The translations under genes were made by a program, and so were the position numbers. From positions 76,942,001 through 77,006,000 of the forward strand of contig NC_135812.1 in assembly GCF_964213995.1 (NCBI RefSeq): DNA of 64,000 bases. Direction: 5' to 3'. The DNA comes from Mustelus asterias. Lineage: Eukaryota. This document shows positions 48,140-59,544 of the stretch, piece after piece (position 1 is the stretch's first letter; each line of letters starts with the position of its first letter). Under the pieces are notes generated by a model, which worked only from the letters and a program-made list of their open reading frames with translations, was not told where the DNA came from and ran no database searches.

Positions 48140-49270
48140 AGAAACCTAAGAACATAGGAACAGAAGTAAGCCATTTAACCCCACAGGCCTGTTCCACCAT
48201 TCAGATAGATCTTGACTTAACTATCTCCACATCCTTTTGGGACAAAGAATTCCAGATTTCCACTACGCTTTGAGTGAAGAGGTGCTCCCTAACGTCTCAC
48301 CTGAGGAAGGAGCAGCGCTCCGAAAGCTCATGATTCCAAATAAACCTGTTGGACTTTAACCTGGTATTGTGAGACTTCTTACTGTGTCAATCTGAATAGC
48401 ATGGTAAGATGGTTCACTTATTCTAGACTCCACCAAATGAAATTGATTCTCTTTGTCTACCCTATCAAATCCTTTAATCGTCTTAAACTCCTCAATTATA
48501 TTGCCCTCTAATCTTCAATAGTTAAGCAATGCAGACCTTAACTGTAACCGGACCTCATAATCTAACCCTCTAATTATTCTGAATCTAAATTGTACCCCCT
48601 TCAATATCAATATATATTTCCTGAGGTATAGTGCCCAAACTGAACACTCACTCTGGAGCGGCCTAACCAGAGCTTTATATCACTGAACAATAACACCTAC
48701 CCGTTTGTATTCCAGTCTCCGGGTAAAGGACAGCATTCCATCAGACACTTCTATTATTTTCTTGTACTTGTTCACCAGCAATTTCTGTACAAGGACTCCT
48801 AAATCCTTCTCCGCAGTTCCTAGCTTTGTACGACTTACAAAACACTTTGCACCCCACACTCCTTTGTGAGAGGCTAAGTATGGTTTTGTACTCTTACCCT
48901 TTGCAATCAAGCCCTGAATATAATTAAATTGCCAGTGTTACAGTCTTAAGTGTTACAGTAAGCACTTCATTTTTACATCGTATACATCACCCTATGATAA
49001 ACCATAATGATTTGGGTCTTTTTTGAGTCTAAAGAGTGGGCATAAAACATAGCTGCTGCAGTGTTGCCTACTTGATCTATTGATATGCCTTTGATACTTT
49101 CTCCTCCCATCTACATAATTTACTGTGTTACCTAATTCAGTGTCATGAGCAAATGAACGACGTTCTATAGTTGTTCATCCAAGTTATTTATATCACGAAA
49201 AGTGGTCCAGTACAGATCCTGATGGACATCTTGAATCATATCCTGCCAACTGGAGCACACACCTATTTGC
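48140..49270 (-). mobile_element. Old CR1 3' fragment containing a Penelope pLTR piece
   Basis: taagaacataggaacagaagtaagccat tail complement; AEKDLGVLVQ...MLSFTRRLEYK. Confidence 0.75.
48296..48385 (+). ncRNA. Minimal type-I hammerhead ribozyme motif in a Penelope pLTR fragment
   Basis: ctcac-CTGAGGA-a-ggagc-agc-gctcc-GAAA-gctc-atga: CUGANGA and GAAA cores, stem II ggagc/gctcc, palindromic AGCT helix III, stem I tca/tga. Confidence 0.65.
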
Positions 49271-50894
49271 TCAAGGCCTTTCCTTTTTATGCCCATTTCT
49301 CTTAGGATCCTGGAGTTTTCTCCCTCCTTAGCTAACCTAAATTCTCTCCAACTTTCCTTTTATTTACAATATTTCTTACCTCATTTTAATCATCTCTTCA
49401 AGGACAATTAAGGATGGCTGAAAATGCCAGAAAAACTCATATCCTGTGAACAAATAAAGTCAGGACTTACCTCTTATTCCATGGTCATCCTCTTGGGTAA
49501 AAACTGATGGCAAGGTATGCTTCCTGCTTCTATTTGAGAGTAGCAATTTGACAACCTGGCTCATTTTGTTAACTTCAGGGCACAGATTTCCCGAAAAAGT
49601 GAATCTTTAATCCAAGCCAGTATTTATTTGCCTATTTGAGTCCTGGATGATAAGTTCCTCTTCCTGGATGGATGGGAGAGTGGGTCATTAAAAGTCTAAG
49701 AACCAGAGCACCTTCAGAAATCACATGGTTTAAAGCCAGAAGCTCCGGAAAGGTCACGTCAGTCTTTGTTACAAGGAATTTATGTCTCAAAATTGTCCGA
49801 GTATCACAATACTAAATGTGTCTAATAAAATGCACTGCTGCTGTAATTAGAAGATGCATTTTTCTGAATGTTTTTGCACGAATGTATACCTTATTTTATG
49901 CTCCTCTTAGGTGTACACCATCAGCATAGTTAGAATCAGTTATACACTTAAGATGCGTTAAAACTGCAAGTCTACTAAGACTGAACATTTGTTCAAAATG
50001 TAAACCAACTGAAATAAATGTTACAACACCAAAGTTGTTTCCCATTTACTCTGCTTTTGCTTCATTGAACAAGAGGACAAAATACATCTTTTTCCATCAT
50101 TAAATGAATCACTTCCGTTCACCATCCATTTCATTTATCACCAGCTCCATCCATCATAAGAACACTCCCCGGATCTTTCCACCAGCTCATTTCAGTTCCT
50201 CATCTGCCTTTTCCATCATAAACCTCCCTCCACCATTCATAAACATCAATTGGTCATTTCAGTCCATCACCAGCTCAATCCATTTCAGTTAATTCCATTA
50301 GTTCTACCTGCACTAAGACCTTTTGATTCCTAGGATATATCACAATCAATTAATCCTGCCACCGAATTCCAGTGTTGGTTAATTGGTTCACCAACCTATT
50401 TCCCCACCAACCTATTTCCCCTCCATCCAGTCCATTGCTCCTCCAACCCATTGCCCGTCCAGTGTATCCTGCCTCCAGTCAATTGTCCCTCCAGCTGAGC
50501 CACTGACCTGGTGAGTGGCACGGGGGACAGGGAGTTTGCTGGGCCGATCAACAGAACGAATTCTGGGTGCTTTTTTTTTTGCATCCTAAAAAAGGTGTTG
50601 CAGCCAAACACCCAAGCAACAATTCGTTCAGAGATCTAACTAGGCATCTTGAGATAGATGGCTCAACCACTGACCACATAAATCTGAACAGGCCCATTGG
50701 GGAAAGTTGGAAAATCATTTATTTGAGGATTCAAAAAAAAAAAGTGTAACAGATCCTTTTCACTGTGTCTGTATTCTGAAGCTATAAATATAAATTTAAG
50801 ATAGCCATGAATGAGTCCAATAGGAAATTGAGGAGAAATTTCTTTATCTGCATAGTAAAAGACTGCAGTGAAATGGCACTTTTGACAATGATCA

Positions 50895-51040
50895 GATATC
50901 TCAAGTTGCTTTGCAGCCAAAGTAGTACTTTTTGAAGTGTATTCATTATAATGCAGGGAAGTGGAGCAGCCAACTTAACTCAACAAACACCCGCAAACAA
51001 AAAAACGCGGCAATGGCCAGATAATACTATTTTTAGTGGT
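50895..51040 (-). mobile_element. Deu-domain SINE fragment
   Basis: ttgctttgcagccaaagtagtactttttgaagtgtattcattataatgcagggaa...gcagccaactt. Confidence 0.6.
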
Positions 51041-51229
51041 GGGAATGTGGAACTCGCTATTCACAGGCAGATAGTACAGATGCCCTGGAGGGGAAGCTAG
51101 ATAATGAGAAAGCAATGGAAGGGTATGTTGGCAGGGTTAGATAAAGACATGTGGAAGGAAGCTCTTCTGGAGCATAAACTCTATCATGGACCAGTGGGGC
51201 CAAATGAATTGTAATTACCTTTCAATTGC

Positions 51230-52480
51230 TGATATAACATTGAGGGAATTTGTACTTTTAAATTTAATTTGTATGTTTTTGAGTGTCAGGAAACAGGTAG
51301 GTTTAAGTGATCTATATTTGTATTGTTGAATATTAGAAATAAGGTATAGATTTAAGTGGGGTTTAATTTAGTGTGTGTAGGAAAGGGGACAACTCTAGTT
51401 AGATTCATGTTAAACAAAGGTGTTTACATGTATGGGGCTGTTTGGATTCGGTTTGAACTGTGTCTCTATTGTGCTGAGGGAGGATATACAATGGGAAAAG
51501 TAAATATGAGCTTGGAGAAAGAATGAGATGTTGCTTAGCAACCAGGGAAACCTTTAGGGTAGAAAGACCTTTAGAGTGTGCTTTAAACTGAATTTACAGG
51601 CAATTGAAGATAGGAAGTTAGAGAGACAACAGCTCTCAGCTCTGCTAGAAATAGGAAAGCTTTAGAGTAATGGGAACGAAAGCAAGTTCCAGAGAAGCTA
51701 AGGTCTAGAAACTAGAAATTTCCAGGAAATTTGAAGTCAAAGAAACAAAGAACAACTGCCATTGGAACAGGTACTGGTCACTGAAGCTAAAGACAGAAAT
51801 GAAAGTGCAGACCTGGGTGAAATTGGCTATGGAAAAGCCAAACATATTGAAGCAATTGTAATGTTTGGTATCCTTATTCCCAGTCTTTGAAACAATAGTA
51901 TTCTGTTGGGCACTGGATACCTCAGATTTTGTGGAGAAGTTTGGATGCTTTTGGCAATTCAAGACAAGGGAATACTGAAAGGAGAGTTGGAAAATGTGGA
52001 GTTGGATCCTTGAGGAAACAGTTGAAAGAAAGCATTGGTTGATAAAAGATTTTAAAGCATGCCTTTTTCGAGCAGAATTTGGAAACATTTGTGTGGCAAT
52101 CATCTGGGGGGAATTTGAGGAGAAATCCAGAGGATTGATTGAGTGGAATTTGTCACTGAGATTCAGAGTGGGGTGTTTGACCATAGTTAGCCTGTTGGGT
52201 TACAGGGACTGTGTATTTGCCAAGAACATTATAGCATAAGATATATCATGTAACCTATGTTATCACTGAAATCTGTTTACAATTGTCAACATAGGTTGGA
52301 GTGAAGGAGCATTGTATTATCAAACTTTTCATGTTTAATAAATGTTTTGTTGTTAAAAGCTAATTGGCAGCCCTTGACTGTTCTTCCATGTTTTCTAAAA
52401 AAAAGTAAAGTGAGTCTATTAAGCCAGGGTTCCATTCTGGAATCTTCCCACCCAGTAGTAACATCAACTGGGATCATAAC
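51230..52480 (+). mobile_element. Long solo LTR (~1.25 kb)
   Basis: AT-rich U3-like sequence; aataaa at ~52337; 3' end ccagtagtaacatcaactgggatcataac resembles the LTR end at 55443. Confidence 0.6.
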
Positions 52481-52494
52481 GTGAGGCACATCAT

Positions 52495-55443
52495 ATCTCA
52501 GAACAGAAACTGAACTGAGAAATGAAACTAAAAAGGAAACAGAAAAGGCAAATCTAGAAAGTTACCAGTTTCATAGGAAACAACAAAAAAAAGTTTGGGA
52601 AATCGAAAGAAATCTTGTTGAAAGCGGTAAAAGGACACAGTTCTTTGAATCAGTCCATGTAGTAGTAGCAGCTGTTGAGGTCATTGATGCAGCACAAGCA
52701 AGCTGAAGATGACTGAGGAGTACTATCCAGATTCAGAAGCGGATAATAATTTGATGCAGTGATTTCTGTTACTGGAAGTTAACGTTGGTGGGCTTTCCTT
52801 AGCCAGACTGAGTTGAACAGGTTTTACAGCCAAATGCCATTTATGGTGAGGCCCATTGCCCATGAAACTCAGGTCGGTTGTGCGCTGCTGTGGGATCAAA
52901 CTGGGCCCTCAAAGGAAGGGAGTTGAACATATATTTCAGGAAGTCAGAGTTTGAAGGACTTTATAACTCTCAGGTGATCATTAAAATCTGAATGGACTGC
53001 TGAGCCAATTTGTAAGATCTGCTTTTGTTGTATCGACCATTTAAATTTGCAATTTCTAGTTTATATTCAACTGTTAATTCATATTTAACTAATTAATTCT
53101 AGATGTTAAAGCATAGGATAGATAGCATTTAGTATTTGTTTTGTTGACATTTGTACAGTAAAGCATTCTTCTGTTTTTAACTACAGAATCCTGTGCCCTC
53201 AGAGTTTCAGTGGATAACTGGGACTTCCAATTTTGTCTACTTTTGAAAACAAAAGTTACTGGTTTTTACTGAGATTGCAACAAAATGGGGGCTCATCCAC
53301 AATTTTGATCCAGAGATGCATATACTGGCAATTGCTGAGGTTAGGCCGAACAGGATTTCATCATAAATTTTACTATACTTCTTGAAAAATGTGATAGTTT
53401 TGTCAATTACTACCACTTTTCTGGAAACAGACGATTTAAGCCTGAGTGATTTGCTCCAATTAACCAAGATTAGATGAATAGCATTAGCAGAAAAGTTGGA
53501 GTTAAAAACAGGGGCTAAAAAAGCAGACATAACTGAACAATTGCACAAAATCTGACACTGGAACAATAAAGGCCTGATTCAGGTACAATGCTGCTCGAGT
53601 TGGCTAGAATTCAGTTGCACATAAAACAGATTGAACAAAAACAAGAAATGAGCAGCTTAAGATAGATGAAGCAAAAACTCAAACTCGGAAAATAAATGAA
53701 AAAAAAACAAACTTGAAAAAGAGGAAGAAAGAGAACAGTGAAGGCTTGAATTTGAACTACCAGAGAGAGATTAGCAAAGGAGGAGAGAGATAAGGAAGGA
53801 GAGCTTCAAAGAAAGGAGGAAATCTGACTGCATGAGCTGGCTAAAGAAATACTTCGGTACCGGGATGAAAGAGAGACTAATCAAGGAGAAACATTGATCT
53901 ACACGGATCATTATCCATTGCTGATTTTGGAGAAGTTCCACATGAAGAATCTTCAGTTTCACTGGAGGTTGTTGCTGCAGCTCTTCAACCTAATCTGGGC
54001 GGCACGGTAACACAGTCCGCTGTTTCACAGCACCAGGGACCCGGGTTCGATTCCCGGCTTGGGTCACTGCCTGTGTGGAATTTGCACGTTCTCCCCGTGT
54101 CTGCGTGGGTTTCCTCTGGGTGCTCCAGTTTCCTCCCACATTCTGAAAGACATGCAGGTTAGGAGCATTTTCCCGAACAGGCGCTGGACTGTGGCGACTA
54201 GTGGAATTTCACAGTAACTTCATTGCAGTGTTAATGTAAGCCTTACTTGTGACTAATAAATAAACTTTAACTTTACTTTAAAGACTGAGCATGTTGTTGG
54301 TAGAACAAGGTAATCTTTGCTGCTATGTCCAAAGTTTAAAAAATAGGTTGCAGGAGACAATTCTACGATTAATCCTGCTAATTCTACTTATTACATTTAC
54401 TTACTTTGCTTTGATTAGGCCCTTACAACTTTGCAAATATGTGCAATTGTGTAATAATAGATTATCCGTATAGTATGTCATTACATATTGGTTAAAATGT
54501 TGATAATGGTAAGAAAATATTGTATTACAAAGTTATTGTAAAGAAACCTTGACTACTGTAAAGCTTCCTCTACCACCAGCCCCCGCCCCCATCCCCAGGG
54601 ATAGCAGTGAGAGAGAATCTGTATTGTTAAATATTGTTAAATTTAATTCATATTTTTTGAGGCGGACCTTATCTTAGGACAGAAACTGGACTGAAAAAAG
54701 AGACTGCAAGGGAAGCAGTAATGGTAAACCTTGAAATAAAACCAAACGTCCCAGTTTCTAAGGAAACCACAAACAAATTAAAGAAACCTTGTTGAAATCT
54801 ACAAAAGGACACAGATCAGTCCAAGGAGCAGTAACAGTTGTTAAGAGACCGCTGATGCAGCATAAGCAAGCTGAAGACTGAAGATGACAGTCCAGATCTA
54901 GAAGCTGTGAATAATTTACTGCAACTGTTTCTGTTACTGGAAGATAACATCTGTGGACCTGTCCCATCCAGTCTGAGCCGAAGGACATATGTCATTTATA
55001 GTGAAGGGTGCGCTTGGGGAGCACAGACTCGTTGTGCGCTGCTGTTGACTAGGAATCAAACTAGCTCTGAGAGGAGGAGAGCTGAAATTCCTTGAGTGGA
55101 ATAAAGAGCTTGAAGGACTTTGTGACTCAGTGATCACTAAAATTTGAGTGGACTGTTGAGACAATACAAGATCTGGCTTAGTTGTAACTGTCATTTAATT
55201 TGCAATTTATAGTTTATATTCAACCATGATTTGCCTGTTTATTATTTAACTTGCAAATTCCGGATGTTAGAGAACAGGATAGATAATACTTAAGTTTATG
55301 CTCTGTTGATCCTTGTATAGTAAAACATTCTTCTGTTTTTAAACTGTGGAATCTGTGGCTTCATTCTTTTAGCAAGTAGCTGGGACTTTCCAATTTTGTC
55401 TACTTTTCAAAGAAAGTTACTGGTTTCTGCAGAGATCATAACA
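52495..55443 (+). mobile_element. Internally deleted LTR retrotransposon: LTR (52495-53282), tRNA-Pro PBS, gag remnant, second related LTR (~54290-55443)
   Basis: 52500-53282 and 54675-55443 are colinear homologues. tgggggctcatcc at 53286 resembles the tRNA-Pro PBS TGGGGGCTCGTCC. gag-like IALAEKLELKTGAKKADI and ELARIQLHIKQIEQKQEM follow. Confidence 0.75.
53998..54280 (+). mobile_element. V-SINE variant with non-CR1 tail
   Basis: gggcggcacggt...ggttcgattcccggc, V-domain, then gtggcgactag..tttcacagtaacttcattgcagtgttaatgtaagccttacttgtgactaataaataaactttaacttta. Confidence 0.88.
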
Positions 55444-56643
55444 GTGTATACTTTATTTTTGAAAAAATATGAATTCTCATTTTTCTGTGGGTTTTGAGGG
55501 GTAAGATAAAGAAGCAAGATACTGATCTTGATAGCTGAATCAGGGAAGGGGTTTCGTCACGTTATAATGTGGATATGGTCACATACTGAAGTAACTATAC
55601 ACTATATACATAACATTTTCTATATTACAGAAACTATACAATATTCCATTAGGTACTGTCCTCATTAAAACAAGTTGGCCAGGTAGTCATGGGTAGGAAA
55701 TTCGAATGGAAAGACCTTTCAATGAACCGGATCTTTCAATGCCAGACTCCAAATTTCTTTGCTTTCAAAGTGAAATAGGGGACTAAGGTCAGCCAGGATG
55801 CTGCACTGATACGGGAAGCACTATCATATCATATGTTTCTCAAATGAAAACGAATTTTTCATAATATTCCAGAGTGAAAAATATTTTTAAAATTTCTTCC
55901 TTTACTGGGGTACAGCACACCTCACGCTCCGATTATAGGAGGCCACGCATGTCTTATGCTGTTGTTGGCTCTTTTAAGAAGCTATGCGATTTGTCTCACT
56001 CCCCTTTTCCCTACAGCTCCACAAATCTTTCCTTTTAAAGAATCCAACTCAAATGTGGAAGTTTACAATGAATCTGCCTCCATGCCAGTTCAGGCAGTGC
56101 ATTCCAGATCTTAAGTAACTGAATTAAGAAATTCGACTCATTGCTCACCCCTACTATTTTGTCATTACCTTAAATCTGCACATCACACAATTGATCATTG
56201 TTTATCAGCCAAGACAATGGGAGTCAAAAGGCAATTCAATCACAGAAACCCATGTGATAAATCCAATGCTGTCCTTTCCAGTACAGGTCACTGGTCCATG
56301 ATTGAGAGTTGCACTACTCAATGCCCTCACTATTGCCCCAGCTAACCAGACATTAGTTTTAAGAATAATTACTCACTATTTTTACATCATCATCTGTATG
56401 CTCATTTGTATTTGGTGAGTCTTAAAAGTGACTGGATTGTTAATTGTAATAAAATGAATACTAAGCTGTTTGTAACATCCCCCATGGAGGTGATTGAGCC
56501 AGTTAGAAACTAAATCCTTCCATGTTTGTTCATTCAGCACTACATTGGGAATCTCAGTTAGGATGGCTGGTGTAAGAAGTGGAAAATAATCATACGCCTA
56601 CACTAAAATGCACACATCTGAGTTTAGGGTTGAATTTTGTTGT

Positions 56644-56975
56644 TGGGACAGTATAGAGGGAGCTTTACTCTATATGCAATGTATGCTGTCCTTGCCATGG
56701 GAGTGCTTTATGACAGTATAGAGGGAGCTTTACTTTGGCTGGAATTTTACCACCCTGCCCGCCACTGAATCGGAGCAGGCGAGAGCGGACAACGGAAATG
56801 TGTGTTGACCTCAGGTGGGATTTTACTGTTTCGGGACAAGCGAGGCCGTAAAACCCCGCCCTTTGTGTCTAACAAGTACTATACCTGTTTAGGAGTATAT
56901 TATGGGACGGTGAAGAGGGAGCTTTACTTTTTCTCTAACCTGTGCTGTATCTGCCCTTGGAAGTGTTTCATGATG
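56644..56975. repeat. Three decayed copies of a ~63-67-bp tandem unit with a Harbinger MITE (56737-56861) inserted
   Basis: gacagtatagagggagctttact at 56647, 56712 and ~56906; MITE TIRs ggctggaatttta...taaaaccccgccc. Confidence 0.75.
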
Positions 56976-57596
56976 ATGATACTGAATGCCTGAAATGGAA
57001 AGTGCTCCATTTCCCAGCACTGATATGATTCTGTTTGATGAGCAAAGTCTGATGACAGTATTTTTCAACAAGAGTTCTGAAGTTGGGGCTATATGTTAAT
57101 ATGTTTAACAACTTAATTAGTTGGTCTCTTCTTCCAAAGAATGTTGATGATGGCTTTCAAATTATCAGATCATTTCAATCCACCCAAACTAAACCCCAGA
57201 AAAAGTATGCAGAAACAACGATTCCAGAGGCATTTGGGTGAAACTAGTAATGTTCAGGCTCTCCCCACCCTGTTCAACTGATGGCCATTCAACCAGGGAC
57301 CATTGTACCATAATTCCTCTTGCAGCCACCATGTGCTGAGGACAGACACCGCAGTTCAAATCCTGCCAAAAATCCAATTGTTGCATTGGACTGGGTCGAC
57401 CTTTTGACGCAGGGTATCTGTAGTCCATTGTTTCCTCTTTCTCTTAAACTCTATGTGTTGTCTTTTTAACACATTGCAGTCATTCTTCTGGCTACCGATG
57501 ACAGGACACTGGATCAACACGCCAGTTCACAGGTAGGTTTCTTTCTGCTGGGTTGACTCCTGTGCACCATCCTCCCCACAACCCCCACCTCCTGTG

Positions 57597-57919
57597 CTAC
57601 CTCAGACGACCGTCACCTTTGACTGATCCCAGTTCAGATTTGGGGTCGTCTGATAGAGAACTCCAGGCAGTCTTTTGACAGGGTGGCAGTAATGGGCATG
57701 GTGAAGGTTCAACTGCACAGGTATTGGTAGCTGACCAGAACTTGCCCACGCTCTCGTACACCCACGATTCTAGCGATTTTCCGAATAACTGAGCATTACT
57801 TAGAGCCTCCTTCACAGCAACATCTGGTGGAGGAAGGTTCAGAATCCCACTTAGGTGCTGGAAGCTCTGGTCCATATACTCATTGTTTGGTGGGCCAGCA
57901 TGTAACCACTGGTCTTGTC
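57597..57919 (-). CDS. XYLT2: Xylosyltransferase 2, last coding exon
   Basis: Acceptor tttctcctttctgtgatccag|; phase 1; (G)[29 protein letters not shown]...[22 protein letters not shown] matches the vertebrate XYLT C-terminus. Confidence 0.95.
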
Positions 57920-58029
57920 CTGGATCACAGAAAGGAGAAAAAAAGTTTATTTTTACTGAATGACCGAGAATAGCAGCTGTAAAATATAAGTGAGCAGTGG
58001 CGACCTTCCTCCACCCTTCTCTCGATAGG

Positions 58030-58303
58030 ACAGTTTCTAAGTGTGGCCTTGTCTGCCCCTCAGGTGGCTACAAAAGATCCCATGGCACTATTTTATGAAC
58101 AGCAGGGTGGATATCCCCAATGTCCTGGTCAATATTTATTCGTCAAAACAGCTATTTAATAGGTTACAATTGCAAAATCTTCTGGCTGCCACATTTCCTA
58201 CAATGCTACAGTGACTACACTTCAAACATACTTAATGTGGTTATAAAGCCTTTTGGGATGACCTGAGGTTGCAAAAGGCACCGTATAAATGCAAAATCAT
58301 TCT
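58030..58303 (+). mobile_element. Deu-domain SINE 3' part with L2-like tail
   Basis: caggtggctacaaaagatcccatggcactattt...ggctgccacatttcctaca..cagtgactacacttcaaa...aaaggcaccgtataaatgcaa. Confidence 0.78.
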
Positions 58304-59040
58304 TTGATAGGATGGAAATGGAATGCGATTCCAAAGATTATCTTACCTCTTGTACATGACCTGGTTCAAGCAGCTTGCACCAATCACTCATGGCAAATGG
58401 AACCACTTTGCCGATTTCCCATTCTAGTTCAGGGGTCTAATCCTCACAACCCTCTTGACAAAACAGGCTAACCTGGGGCACTCCTGGTCTGGGATTGTAA
58501 TGCAGAGCCTTCCAGAATGATAGTGGAGGGTTCTGTCAGTCAGCTGGAACCCAGCAATCCAGCACTTTCAATGTACTGTGCAGCATGGAGATCAGCTCAG
58601 AGCCACCATCAATCCTGTGCTCAGTACCTTGACCAACAGAGAAACATCGGGATTGACAGACCGACCAGACACTCTTTATAACACAGAGCTACCGTTACTC
58701 TCAAGTAAACCATACAGCACTGAATGAGACCATTTGGCCCAACGTGACTCTTCAGCTAATAAGCCCCACTTCCCTTGCCTTTGCTTCAAAGCGCTGCAAA
58801 GGTCGCCACTTCAAGCATTTATCCAAATTCCTTCATGATAGTTATTAACAAATTTACATCCAGCAATCTGTCAGGCAGTGTGTTCCAGATTACAACATCT
58901 CACTATGTAAAAATACTCCCCTCATCTCTCCCTGTTCTTTATCAACTATCTTAAATATATGTCTGCTGGTAGCTGACCCAGCTACCATGGGTAATATCAT
59001 TGACAACAACTTACATTTATACAGCGCCTTTAGTGTAAAT

Positions 59041-59401
59041 GGTGGCAAGTTGGCACTGTGGTTAGCACTGTTGCCTCACAGCGCCAGGGACCTGGGTTTG
59101 ATTCCAGCCTTGGGCGAATGTTTGTGTGGAGTTTGCACATTCTCCTCGTGTCTGTGTGCGTTGCCTCCGGGTGCTTCGCTTTCCTCCCACAGTCCAAAGA
59201 TGTGCAGGTTAGGTTGTTTGGCCGTGCTAAGTTGCCCCTCAGTGTCCAAAGATGTGCAGGTTAGGTGGATAAATCATGGTAAATGTACAGAGTTATGGTG
59301 ATAAGAGTGAAGGAGAGGGCTTGGGTGGGATGCAAATTCTGAGAGTCGGTGCAGACTTGATGAGCCGAATAGCCTCTTTCTGCACTGCAGGGATTCTATG
59401 A
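59041..59401 (+). mobile_element. HE1-type V-SINE inserted in an L2-like 3' remnant
   Basis: tggcactgtggttagcactgttgcctcacagc...ggattctatga; flanks aacaacttacatttatacagcgccttt and gtcccaatgtgcttcaca. Confidence 0.88.
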
Positions 59402-59544
59402 AAGTCCCAATGTGCTTCACAGTAGCAGCGTTATAAAGCAAAATTCCACATAAGCCCAGATAAAGTAATATTATGGGAAAAGACCAAAAACTTGGTCAAA
59501 GAGGTAACATTCGAGGGGGAGTCTTAAACAATGTTGAATACTAC

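Noticed and set aside
51705-52184. 159-aa minus-strand ORF
   Set aside because: It lies within an LTR and has no recognisable domain or splice context.
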